A DNA stretch of 32,000 nt from Eubacterium sp. MSJ-33 (GTDB lineage Bacteria > Bacillota > Clostridia > Lachnospirales > Lachnospiraceae). The notes under the pieces are model-generated. The model saw nothing but the letters and a program-made list of their open reading frames with translations. It was not told the origin of the DNA and ran no database searches. The position numbers and the translations under genes are program-made. Shown one piece after another: positions 17,132 to 25,398 of this stretch (position 1 is its first letter; every line of letters begins with the position of its first letter). The stretch lies in assembly GCF_022174665.1 (NCBI RefSeq), contig NZ_CP076562.1, positions 1,844,525 through 1,876,524 of the forward strand, read 5' to 3'.

Positions 17132-18073
17132 TTAGTTTTTACCAAGTTCAGGAAATGCCTGATTAGCAGCCTCAATTGTACTGTTCACTGCATCTGCAAC
17201 TCCGCTGACTGCCTTGTTCATCTGTGTGTTCGCAGTCGTCACCACATTCTGAACCTCTTCCAATGCAGCCTTCATCTGTGCCATATATTCGCTTACACTC
17301 TCACACTCCTGTTTTACCTTTACACGCGTGTTGTAGACTTCTGCACTTGTCTGTGTACGCATCTCCTCGCACTCAGCCGTAGCTTCCGCACGCATATTCG
17401 CACAGATCTCCTCTGTATGATCGTTTAATGCCTGGCAGGCAGCTTCTGTATCTGCACGAAGCTTATCCGTCTCTTCTCTTGTCTCCTGCTTTACACGATT
17501 ACACTCCGCATATGCGCTGTCCTTCTTCTCCTGGCATTTACTCTTTGTATCTGCTTCAAGTCTCTCACATGCAGCAACCGTCTCCGCATGCATACGCTGA
17601 CACTCAGCTGTTGTCTCCTCTGACATCTGACGACATGCATCGCTCGTCTCCTGTGTCAGCTTATCACATTCTTCCTCTGTCTTCGCACGAAGAGCATCAC
17701 ACTCCTGCTGTGTCTGCTTTGTAAGAGTGTCTGCGTTCTCGCGGGCTTCAAGCAAAGTTCTTGAGATCGACTCATAACGGCTGGCAGATTCTTCTTCTCT
17801 TGTCTCATATGCCGCCATCTTATCACGAAGCTGTGTAACTTCCACCTGAAGTTCATCATTTACCTTTTTCAAATTCTCGATCGTGCTGGATGACTCATTC
17901 AGATTCACCTCCCGCATCGTATGAAGATTCTTCACTGTCTCAGACAATTTCAACACGTTTGCCTTCAAATCGGCAACCTCTTTCTCGTGTTCTGCGGTTA
18001 ATTCGTCTATATAATTCTCGACTGCCTTTTTGTCGTATCCACCAAATGATGTGGTCTTCAAAGTTACATCCAT
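17132..18073 (-). CDS. DivIVA-domain protein with a long coiled-coil and 13 cysteine-bearing hendecad repeats
   Basis: The N-terminus LKTTSFGGYDKKAVENYIDEL fits the DivIVA/GpsB motif F-x-GYD-xxx-V-xx-[FY]-[IL]-D. The remainder is helical and charged. ATG start with AAAGGAGA upstream. Repeat detail is in the repeat feature and findings. Confidence 0.7.
   Translation of the reverse strand: MDVTLKTTSFGGYDKKAVENYIDELTAEHEKEVADLKANVLKLSETVKNLHTMREVNLNESSSTIENLKKVNDELQVEVTQLRDKMAAYETREEESASRYESISRTLLEARENADTLTKQTQQECDALRAKTEEECDKLTQETSDACRQMSEETTAECQRMHAETVAACERLEADTKSKCQEKKDSAYAECNRVKQETREETDKLRADTEAACQALNDHTEEICANMRAEATAECEEMRTQTSAEVYNTRVKVKQECESVSEYMAQMKAALEEVQNVVTTANTQMNKAVSGVADAVNSTIEAANQAFPELGKN
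17276..17704 (-). repeat. 13 tandem 33-nt (11-codon) repeats inside the DivIVA-like CDS, degenerate at DNA level and in register at protein level
   Basis: Residues 124-266 split without gaps into ECDALRAKTEE, ECDKLTQETSD, ACRQMSEETTA, ECQRMHAETVA, ACERLEADTKS, KCQEKKDSAYA, ECNRVKQETRE, ETDKLRADTEA, ACQALNDHTEE, ICANMRAEATA, ECEEMRTQTSA, EVYNTRVKVKQ and ECESVSEYMAQ. Cys is at position 2 in 11 of 13 repeats (residues 125, 136, 147, 158, 169, 180, 191, 213, 224, 235, 257). Confidence 0.85.
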
Positions 18074-18118
18074 TCTACAATTCTCCTTTCGAATGACTAT
18101 TATCCAATATGTTTCTTA

Positions 18119-18127
18119 ATTATACCA
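18119..18127 (-). promoter_or_regulatory. Candidate extended -10 promoter (TGgTATAAT) for the DivIVA-like gene
   Basis: The minus strand reads TGGTATAAT about 45 nt upstream of the ATG at 18073. The -35 position reads GTGCAT, which is weak. Confidence 0.35.
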
Positions 18128-18174
18128 TAAGTATCTTGTTTATGCACCATTTTTTTATTAGTAAAAATGATGTA

Positions 18175-18204
18175 TTGATATTTACTTTCGCCTTGTGATA
18201 CATT
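18175..18204 (+). promoter_or_regulatory. Candidate sigma-A promoter for the plus-strand lipoprotein gene
   Basis: TTGATA (18175-18180), 18 nt, TACATT (18199-18204), with TG two nt upstream of the -10. Confidence 0.35.
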
Positions 18205-18248
18205 AAAATAGTGTTTAGTTTTGTTATCTTGGAAAGGTGGTTTTTAAA

Positions 18249-18965
18249 ATGAACTTTAATATAAAATTATATAAGGCGAAAGGAAAGCGCGCAGCTCTTG
18301 CTTTTGTCTGCATGCTGCTTGTCTGCTCCCTGACCGCATGTACCGCAAATGTGGAGAAACGCTACCAGACATATATCAAGAGTCTGATTTCCATCAATTA
18401 CCTTGGCGCGACCAAGGAATATATCGAAGCGTCCGGTGCCAACCAGGCAGATGCAGATGCACTCTACCAGGCAAATATTGATCTGCTCACAGACAATATT
18501 TTAACCTATTACAGTGTCAATATTGATGACGCACCCGAGATGCGGGTGCAGTTTGAGGAATTAGCAAAAACCATTTACAGCAAAGTAAATTTCAGTGTCG
18601 ACAAAGCAAGAAAAGACGGAAGTGTCTATGTTGTAGATGTAACTATTTATCCAATCAACCTGTTTGCACAGACTTCCGCGGATGTAACAAATCTTGTGAA
18701 TACATTTAATGATGGCGTAAAAGCCGGGCTTTACAACGATTACACGCTCACAGAATACGAAACCGAATTTGCACAGCAGCTGCTTTCTATCCTGAACAAT
18801 GGTTGTGAGAATATGAGCTATGCAGACCCACAGGTAGTAACGGTAGAAATTATCGAAGACGGAAACAAATATTACATCAGCGACCGCGATTTCAGAAACA
18901 TCGATGCGGCCATGATCAATTCATCTGTTGTGACAGAGACCGGTACAGCAACAGATGCCCAGTAA
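18249..18965 (+). CDS. Putative lipoprotein of unknown function
   Basis: MNFNIKLYKAKGKRAALAFVCMLLVCSLTAC has a basic n-region, a hydrophobic core and a lipobox L-T-A-C. The track start at 18237 is a GTG inside the SD; ATG at 18249 lies 8 nt after GGAAAGGTGG. It is the only convincing plus-strand gene. Confidence 0.7.
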   Translation: MNFNIKLYKAKGKRAALAFVCMLLVCSLTACTANVEKRYQTYIKSLISINYLGATKEYIEASGANQADADALYQANIDLLTDNILTYYSVNIDDAPEMRVQFEELAKTIYSKVNFSVDKARKDGSVYVVDVTIYPINLFAQTSADVTNLVNTFNDGVKAGLYNDYTLTEYETEFAQQLLSILNNGCENMSYADPQVVTVEIIEDGNKYYISDRDFRNIDAAMINSSVVTETGTATDAQ

Positions 18966-18990
18966 CTATTTCATAATTTTACAAGCAATT

Positions 18991-19033
18991 AAAAATGACC
19001 GATTGGTTTTACACCAGTCGGTCATTTATTTTT
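18991..19033. terminator. Bidirectional rho-independent terminator between the lipoprotein gene and metG
   Basis: ATGACCGATTGG (18995-19006) pairs with CCAGTCGGTCAT (19014-19025), giving 12 bp with one A/C mismatch (+ strand; G-U on the minus strand) and a 7-nt loop. It is flanked by an A-run (18991-18995) and a T-rich run (19025-19033), so it can serve both convergent genes. Confidence 0.75.
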
Positions 19034-19051
19034 AATAAAATCGTGGATTAT

Positions 19052-21037
19052 CTAGCTGATCATTGCTCCAGCCGGCATATCTTTCTCTGCAGTTAAGAGT
19101 GCCAGATTTCCATCGAAATCCTCCGCACAGAGAAGCATACCTTCAGACAAAACACCCGCCAGCTTTGTCGGCTTCAGGTTCGTGATAACTACAACCTTCT
19201 TACCAACCATCTGCTCCGGCGTATAGTAATGCTTGATTCCCGATACAATCTGCAGGGTTCTGCCCTGTACCTTTACCTGAGAGCAAAGCAGTTTCTTGGA
19301 CTTTGCAACTTCCTCGCAGGCGATGATCTCACCCATCTGTAACTGCATACGGCTAAACTCATCAATTGTGATTTCTTCTTTTACAACGGCATCAAGCGTA
19401 GGAATCTCAACCTTTTCTTCTTTCTTTACCTTCTTCTCCGGCTTTGGCTCCTCAACAACCTTAGATGGGAAACGCTTCTCAATCTCCTCGAGCATCTTTG
19501 GTGCATCGATTCTTGCAAAGAGAATCTCCGGCTGATCCGTTACCTTATTTCCGGATGGGTACAGGCCAAAGTTCGAAAGCTCTGTCACACGACGCTTGTC
19601 AGCATTGAGCTGCTTTAATATCTTCTCGGAAGTCTCCGGCATATATGGCTCAAGTAAGCTTGCGCCAATCACGATGCTCTCTACCAGATTGTAAAGAACC
19701 GTATTCAGACGATCTGCATTCTCCGGATCCTTAGCAAGTGCCCAAGGCATCGTCTCATCAATATACTTATTGCAACGCTTAAATAAAGCGAAGATTTCTG
19801 TGATCGCATCTGCCACACGAAGCTTGTCCATGCATGCATTTACACGGAGTCTGGTGTCAGTTACAACTGCCTTTAGGTCGTCATCGACCGGCTCATGTGC
19901 GCCTGCGTTTGACACAACACCATCGAAATATTTATTGGACATGGAAATCGTACGGTTGACGAGGTTTCCAAGTGTGTTTGCAAGTTCTGAATTGATACGC
20001 TCAATCACAAGCTCCCATGAGATAACACCATCGTTCTCAAACGGCATCTCATGCAGCAGGAAGTAGCGAACCGCATCTACGCCGAACAGATCTACCATAT
20101 CGTCTGCATAGATTACATTTCCACGGGACTTACTCATCTTTCCATCACTCTGGATGAGCCAAGGATGTCCGAATACCTGCTTCGGAAGCGGCTCTCCAAG
20201 TGCCATAAGGATACATGGCCAGTAAATCGTATGGAAACGGATGATATCCTTGCCGATCAGATGCAGATCTGCAGGCCAGTAACGATGGTACAATTCGTCC
20301 GAATTACCATCCACATCATAGCCAAGACCTGTAATATAGTTAGTCAGCGCATCAATCCATACATATACGATATGTCCCGGATCGAAGTCTACCGGAATAC
20401 CCCACTTGAAGGATGTTCTTGATACGCACAGATCCTGTAATCCCGGAAGCAGGAAGTTATTCATCATCTCGTTCTTACGGGACTCCGGCTGGATAAAGTC
20501 CGGATGTGTATTGATATGTTCAATCAGACGGTCTGCATACTTGCTGAGCTTGAAGAAATATGCTTCTTCCTTTGCCGGCTGTACCTCACGGCCACAGTCC
20601 GGGCATTTGCCATCTACAAGCTGCGCTTTCGTGAAGAAAGATTCACAAGGTGTACAGTACATGCCTTCGTACTCGCCCTTGTAGATATCTCCCTGATCGT
20701 ATAATTTCTTGAAAATCTTCTGTACCTGTTTCTCATGATAGTCGTCCGTTGTACGGATAAACTTATCGTAAGATGTATTCATAAGATCCCATATACGCTT
20801 GATCTCTGCCGATGTCTCATCCACAAACTCCTTCGGCGTGGAGAGATTCTCAAATGCTTTAATCTCTATCTTCTGACCATGTTCGTCTGTTCCTGTCTGG
20901 AAACGAACATCGTATCCAACATATCTCTTATATCTGGCAATGCTGTCTGCAAGTACAACCTCATACGTATTGCCTATATGAGGCTTACCAGATGTGTATG
21001 CGATTGCGGTTGTAATGTAGTACGGTTTTTTAGGCAT
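19052..21037 (-). CDS. metG: Methionine--tRNA ligase with C-terminal tRNA-binding (EMAP-like) domain
   Basis: AYTSGKPHIGNTYE (HIGH-type motif), KMSKS, the zinc knuckle CTPCE...CPDCG, and the C-terminal FSRMQLQMGEIIACEEV...GKKVVVITNLKP tRNA-binding domain. Confidence 0.95.
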   Translation of the reverse strand: MPKKPYYITTAIAYTSGKPHIGNTYEVVLADSIARYKRYVGYDVRFQTGTDEHGQKIEIKAFENLSTPKEFVDETSAEIKRIWDLMNTSYDKFIRTTDDYHEKQVQKIFKKLYDQGDIYKGEYEGMYCTPCESFFTKAQLVDGKCPDCGREVQPAKEEAYFFKLSKYADRLIEHINTHPDFIQPESRKNEMMNNFLLPGLQDLCVSRTSFKWGIPVDFDPGHIVYVWIDALTNYITGLGYDVDGNSDELYHRYWPADLHLIGKDIIRFHTIYWPCILMALGEPLPKQVFGHPWLIQSDGKMSKSRGNVIYADDMVDLFGVDAVRYFLLHEMPFENDGVISWELVIERINSELANTLGNLVNRTISMSNKYFDGVVSNAGAHEPVDDDLKAVVTDTRLRVNACMDKLRVADAITEIFALFKRCNKYIDETMPWALAKDPENADRLNTVLYNLVESIVIGASLLEPYMPETSEKILKQLNADKRRVTELSNFGLYPSGNKVTDQPEILFARIDAPKMLEEIEKRFPSKVVEEPKPEKKVKKEEKVEIPTLDAVVKEEITIDEFSRMQLQMGEIIACEEVAKSKKLLCSQVKVQGRTLQIVSGIKHYYTPEQMVGKKVVVITNLKPTKLAGVLSEGMLLCAEDFDGNLALLTAEKDMPAGAMIS

Positions 21038-21063
21038 ATGAAACCCCTCCCTTATTTTTGTTT

Positions 21064-22368
21064 TTAACCCACTCTTAATTTGAATTTCTGGACATCACGG
21101 TCATCATCGACCACTTCGATCTGCCCGCCAAGCTCACGAATCTTTCCATCAAAATCTTCATACCCACGCAAAATATATTTGATATCATCAATCGTACTGA
21201 ATCCATCCGCTGCCAGTGCTGCTATGACAAGTGCGGCACCCGCACGAAGATCCGGTGCAACCAGATTCGCACCAGTATAACCATCCACGCCGGTAATGAC
21301 TGCGGAATTACCTTCTACCTTGATGCGCGCTCCCATACGTGAAAGCTCGCTTACATATTTGAAACGATTCTCAAAAATACTCTCCGTAATGACACTGGTT
21401 CCCTGTGACAATGCAAGTGTAACCGCCATCTGCGGCTGCATATCTGTCGGGAATCCCGGATATGGAAGTGTCTTGATCTGTGTTGCTTTGAATCTGCCAT
21501 CCGCCATAACGCGGACCGCATCATCATATTCGATTACGCGTGCACCAATCTCATTCAGCTTAGAAGAGATTGCCTCTAAGTGTTTTGGAATTACATTCTT
21601 TATCAGAACATTTCCTTTCGTGGCTGCTGCCATCGTCATAAATGTTCCTGCTTCTATCTGATCCGGAATGATTGAATATTCGGTTCCTTTCAGCCGCTGA
21701 ACACCGCGAATCCGGATAACATCCGTACCGGCGCCCTTGATATTTGCGCCCATACTGTTCAGGAAGTTCGCAACGTCTACAATGTGTGGCTCTTTCGCAG
21801 CATTCTCAATCGTTGTCTTACCCTCTGCAAGCACAGCTGCCATCATAATATTGATTGTAGCGCCAACGGTCACCACATCAAGATAAATATGGTTTCCAAT
21901 CAACTGATCCGCCTTCGCAACAACCTTTCCGCCATTCACGATCTCTACTTTCGCGCCAAGTGCCTCAAATCCCTTGATATGCTGATCAATCGGTCGAAGT
22001 CCGATATCGCAGCCTCCCGGCAACGCAACCTGTGCATAGTTGTATTTACCAAGCAGGGCACCAAGCAGATAATAGGATGCTCGTATCTTCCGTATATATT
22101 CATCATCCACACAAACATCTTCGCCGGTTTTGATTGTTCCGCCGCAGATGGAAACTGTATGATTGTCAATGTATTTTACTTTAGCGCCAATTGTCTCGAT
22201 CGCACGAAGCAATGTCTTTGTATCTTCTACATATGGTACATTCTCTATAATACACTCTTCGTCTGTCATAACTGCTGCTGCAAGGATACCGAGTGCGGCG
22301 TTTTTCGCACCGGCAATCGATACTTCACCTTCCAGAACATTGCCGCCTTTTATAACATATTTTTCCAT
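21064..22368 (-). CDS. murA: UDP-N-acetylglucosamine 1-carboxyvinyltransferase MurA
   Basis: 434 aa. GEVSIAGAKNAALGILAAAV, the catalytic-loop region LPGGCDIGLRPIDQH, and typical MurA/EPSP-fold repeats. Confidence 0.95.
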   Translation of the reverse strand: MEKYVIKGGNVLEGEVSIAGAKNAALGILAAAVMTDEECIIENVPYVEDTKTLLRAIETIGAKVKYIDNHTVSICGGTIKTGEDVCVDDEYIRKIRASYYLLGALLGKYNYAQVALPGGCDIGLRPIDQHIKGFEALGAKVEIVNGGKVVAKADQLIGNHIYLDVVTVGATINIMMAAVLAEGKTTIENAAKEPHIVDVANFLNSMGANIKGAGTDVIRIRGVQRLKGTEYSIIPDQIEAGTFMTMAAATKGNVLIKNVIPKHLEAISSKLNEIGARVIEYDDAVRVMADGRFKATQIKTLPYPGFPTDMQPQMAVTLALSQGTSVITESIFENRFKYVSELSRMGARIKVEGNSAVITGVDGYTGANLVAPDLRAGAALVIAALAADGFSTIDDIKYILRGYEDFDGKIRELGGQIEVVDDDRDVQKFKLRVG

Positions 22369-22423
22369 TTCACACCTCTGTGCTGCCAGTTATTTTTTAC
22401 GCTACTAGCCCATAATCTTAATA

Positions 22424-22451
22424 ATTATAACACATTCCATTTTTTTGTAAA
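22424..22451 (-). promoter_or_regulatory. Candidate sigma-A promoter for murA-metG
   Basis: The minus strand reads TTTACA (22451-22446), 16 nt ending in TGT, TATAAT (22429-24). This is an extended -10 located about 55 nt upstream of the murA ATG. Confidence 0.5.
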
Positions 22452-22455
22452 GCAC

Positions 22456-22869
22456 TTACTTATCTGCCTCACAATAAACGCAGCGATAAATACGATTTTT
22501 TTCATCTGCTAATTTAAATATATGCACAATTCCCGGTTCTGTCGATGTGATGCAACGTGGATTTTTACATTTTTTTACATTGATAAGTTTTTTCGGCAAC
22601 GCCAGCTTCTTTTTCTCAACGGTCTGTCCGTCCTTGATGATGCTGACTGTGATATCCGGATCGATATAACCAAGCACATCCAGATTCACATCGTATTCTT
22701 TATCAATCTTCAGAATATCTTTCTTTCCCATTTTACTGCTTTTTACGTTCTGCAGGATGGCTACAGAACAATCAAGCTTGTCGAGTTCAAGGTCATGGTA
22801 GACCTGAAGCGCTTTGCCGGCAGTAATATGATCCAGCACAATACCATTTTGAATACTATCTATCTTCAT
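22456..22869 (-). CDS. pyrI: Aspartate carbamoyltransferase regulatory subunit PyrI
   Basis: 137 aa. IQNGIVLDHITAGKAL at the N-terminus and the zinc domain CKNPRCITSTE...YRCVYCE at the C-terminus. Confidence 0.9.
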   Translation of the reverse strand: MKIDSIQNGIVLDHITAGKALQVYHDLELDKLDCSVAILQNVKSSKMGKKDILKIDKEYDVNLDVLGYIDPDITVSIIKDGQTVEKKKLALPKKLINVKKCKNPRCITSTEPGIVHIFKLADEKNRIYRCVYCEADK

Positions 22870-22900
22870 ATGATTACCTCCTTCATGTAAATCTATTTAC

Positions 22901-23863
22901 CTACTCCGGAATCTTCGCAAGCTTGTCCGCAGACAAGTTCAATTTTGCACCATTTGCCTTGAGCAGTGTCAGCATCAATGCCATACGCACAAATTTTCCG
23001 TTCATAACCTGACGGAAATAGCAGGCACGTGGATCATCATCAATCTCCACTGAAATCTCATTGACACGTGGAAGCGGATGCAGGATCGCAAGATCGGATT
23101 TTGCGTGTTTCAATTTCTTTCCATCAAGAATATATGTATCCTTCAATCTGACATAATCTGCCTCATTGAAGAACCGTTCCTTCTGCACTCTTGTCATATA
23201 GAGTACATCAAGTTCTCCCATCACCTCTTCCATAGATTCTACTTCTTCATACGGAATATGATTTGCCTCGAGCACTTCGGAAATAATGTATTCCGGTACG
23301 CGGAGTTCCTTCGGTGCAATCAGTATAAATTTGATATTTTCATAACGGGATAATGCCTTGATCAGCGAATGTACGGTACGTCCGAATTTCAAATCGCCAC
23401 ACAGTCCAATCGTAAAGTTGTTCAGCCTGCCTTTTTCACGCAGAATCGTAAGCAGATCTGCAAGTGTCTGTGTTGGATGGTTGTGACCGCCATCGCCTGC
23501 ATTGATGATTGGCACACTGCTCACCATAGATGCCCGCATCGGCGCACCTTCTTTCGGATGACGCATCGCAATAATGTCTGCATAGCAGCTTACTACTCTC
23601 GTTGTGTCGCCTACGCTCTCGCCCTTCGTCGCAGAGGAAGACGAAGCCGAAGAAAAACCAAGTACATTTCCACCAAGCTCCATCATTGCTGATTCAAAGC
23701 TAAGTCTTGTTCTTGTACTTGGTTCAAAAAATAATGTTGCAAGTTTTTTGCCCTTACACGCTTCACTATATGCTTCTTTGTCATCGATGATATCCTGTGC
23801 CAGCTTCAAAATGCCATCGATTTCTTCCACGGATAAGTCTGTTGAATCAATTACATGTTTCAT
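22901..23863 (-). CDS. pyrB: Aspartate carbamoyltransferase catalytic subunit PyrB
   Basis: [22 protein letters not shown] and [10 protein letters not shown] are canonical ATCase motifs. The start overlaps the upstream stop in ATGA. Confidence 0.95.
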   Translation of the reverse strand: MKHVIDSTDLSVEEIDGILKLAQDIIDDKEAYSEACKGKKLATLFFEPSTRTRLSFESAMMELGGNVLGFSSASSSSATKGESVGDTTRVVSCYADIIAMRHPKEGAPMRASMVSSVPIINAGDGGHNHPTQTLADLLTILREKGRLNNFTIGLCGDLKFGRTVHSLIKALSRYENIKFILIAPKELRVPEYIISEVLEANHIPYEEVESMEEVMGELDVLYMTRVQKERFFNEADYVRLKDTYILDGKKLKHAKSDLAILHPLPRVNEISVEIDDDPRACYFRQVMNGKFVRMALMLTLLKANGAKLNLSADKLAKIPE

Positions 23864-24348
23864 TTCAGGTTTCCTCCCATTGAATGCACGTTATTTTTCT
23901 TGAATATCTCATCAATTGCAAACCGGTCTTCCCGATTGCAAACAAGGATATACGTTTTTCGATTCGCACGAATCTTCAGTACGATTACATTGCTGTCTTC
24001 CCCCTGGTTTTCCAGGAGGAAAGACCGCATGAATTCCCATTCAATAAATGTGGTTCCGACTAATACACCATCACGTGTTATACCACTCTGAATGCGTGTT
24101 GACAGCACAACAAAAAGCACAAACATCAATACCGCAGGCACAAATATATAGATCTTGAAATACACCAATACCACAAGTCCCACGAGCCCAAGGTTCGCAT
24201 AGATCACCTCGGAATTATTTAATTTGTGATGTAATCGGCTTTTTATTATGATTCCTGCCTGCCGCTTCACAGCAGAAATACATACGAGTACCCCTGAGCC
24301 AAACCCAAGGAATAACACGAAGGCCAATACGCCCAACCACACATCCAT
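23860..24348 (-). CDS. Small integral membrane protein with a soluble C-terminal domain, unknown function
   Basis: 162 aa with three hydrophobic segments ([47 protein letters not shown]), then a ~75-aa soluble tail ([44 protein letters not shown]). It is translationally coupled to pyrB. Confidence 0.6.
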   Translation of the reverse strand: MDVWLGVLAFVLFLGFGSGVLVCISAVKRQAGIIIKSRLHHKLNNSEVIYANLGLVGLVVLVYFKIYIFVPAVLMFVLFVVLSTRIQSGITRDGVLVGTTFIEWEFMRSFLLENQGEDSNVIVLKIRANRKTYILVCNREDRFAIDEIFKKNNVHSMGGNLK

Positions 24349-24360
24349 ATATTATACCAC

Positions 24361-25296
24361 TTAAATTCCCTTTATCAATGTATACATGACTGCTTTTTCC
24401 GCATGTCTTCTGTTTTCTGCCTGATCGAGAATATGATCGAGGTTCTTCATCTCCACTTCCTTTGAGATCTCGAAGCCAACATGCATCGGCATATCGTGGA
24501 ACACAAGCGCATGACTGCCCTCTAAGAACTCATCATTCAACTGATATGGCATCATCTTGTCCATAAGCTCCTTCTTCTTATCCTGGTATGCAGGATCATT
24601 GAAGAACTCCATGTCAAGCCATGTGTCAGTATAGCAGATATCCATATCCTTCACATACTTCTTCACTTCGTCCATCGGCATGTCCGGATCAAGCTCCACA
24701 TAGTAGCCTGTCTTCTTTGCTTCCTCGTAGAAATCCGGTCCGCAGGCTGTCTCATTTACAAGCGGAGTCAGTCCGTACAGGGTTCCCTGCTTCATCTTGG
24801 AGAAGAATTCTACCAATGAATTGAATACGTTGTTCTTTGCACCGATATATAAGAACTTGACATTCAGACTGCCGAACTTTTCGATGATCGTCAGTGCATC
24901 TGCCAAAATCTGACAAGGATGATAAGAGTTATCACAGCCATTGATAAATGGTACGGTTACATTGTCTCCAAACAGTTCAACGGTCTCATTTTTCACGAGA
25001 CGTGCCATAATAATATCGACATTGCGGCATACGTATTTGATCTCGGAAACCGGCTCGCCAAGGACAAAATTGCTGTCCTTCCAAAGCTGGTTGTAGTACG
25101 TTCCTCCAAGCTCTGTCATACCTGTCGTGAAAGAAAGGAATGTTCGGGTACTTGTCTTCTCAAACAATGTATAGAGCTTCTTGCCCTCTAATGCATGGCT
25201 GTACTTCTTCGGATTCTTCTTCATATCCAGTGCAAGGTCAAGAATCTTCTGCAGCTCTTCTGCAGAGAAATTCTTGAAATTCAACATATTCTTCAT
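24361..25296 (-). CDS. Divergent ornithine/aspartate-transcarbamylase-family protein with altered substrate-binding motifs
   Basis: 311 aa, colinear with OTCases (FEKTSTRTFLSF, YHPCQILADAL, DQAENRRHAEKAVM). Three signature motifs differ: STRTF for STRTR (res 49-53), DTWLDME for DxWxSMG (224-230), and HDMP for HCLP (267-270). Confidence 0.75.
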   Translation of the reverse strand: MKNMLNFKNFSAEELQKILDLALDMKKNPKKYSHALEGKKLYTLFEKTSTRTFLSFTTGMTELGGTYYNQLWKDSNFVLGEPVSEIKYVCRNVDIIMARLVKNETVELFGDNVTVPFINGCDNSYHPCQILADALTIIEKFGSLNVKFLYIGAKNNVFNSLVEFFSKMKQGTLYGLTPLVNETACGPDFYEEAKKTGYYVELDPDMPMDEVKKYVKDMDICYTDTWLDMEFFNDPAYQDKKKELMDKMMPYQLNDEFLEGSHALVFHDMPMHVGFEISKEVEMKNLDHILDQAENRRHAEKAVMYTLIKGI

Positions 25297-25329
25297 GATT
25301 TTTATCCTCTTTTCTTATCACAAATGCAA

Positions 25330-25367
25330 GGCACACGGGCATCGTCCGATATGTATGCCCGTGTCCC
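25330..25367 (-). terminator. Hairpin after metK (terminator candidate)
   Basis: A 10-bp perfect stem ACACGGGCAT (25333-25342) / ATGCCCGTGT (25355-25364) plus two outer G-C pairs, with a 12-nt loop. The minus-strand tail TTGCATTTGTG is moderately U-rich. Confidence 0.5.
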
Positions 25368-25398
25368 GGGATTTACTATATTCATTCCTGCAGATATC

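Noticed and set aside
17428-17724. 98-aa plus-strand ORF opposite the hendecad repeat region
   Set aside because: It is a by-product of the repeat periodicity on the coding strand. The minus-strand frame has the SD, the DivIVA motif and coherent coiled-coil chemistry.
17029-18236. c-di-GMP riboswitch or other long structured leader ahead of the flagellar or rod operons
   Set aside because: The intergenic regions in the flagellar parts of the window are all roughly 200 nt or shorter (1373-1487, 8339-8538, 17029-17131, 18074-18236, 29901-29978). None shows the GEMM-type conserved helices in my reading. Not supported.
21038-21063. Expected T-box leader upstream of metG
   Set aside because: Only 26 nt separate the murA stop and the metG start, so there is no room for a T-box. 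metG appears co-transcribed with murA.
21784-22512. 242-aa plus-strand ORF antisense to murA, extending into the murA-pyrI spacer
   Set aside because: The Cys/Phe/Ile/Asn-rich nonsense-like translation is the mirror frame of a highly conserved enzyme gene. It has no SD.
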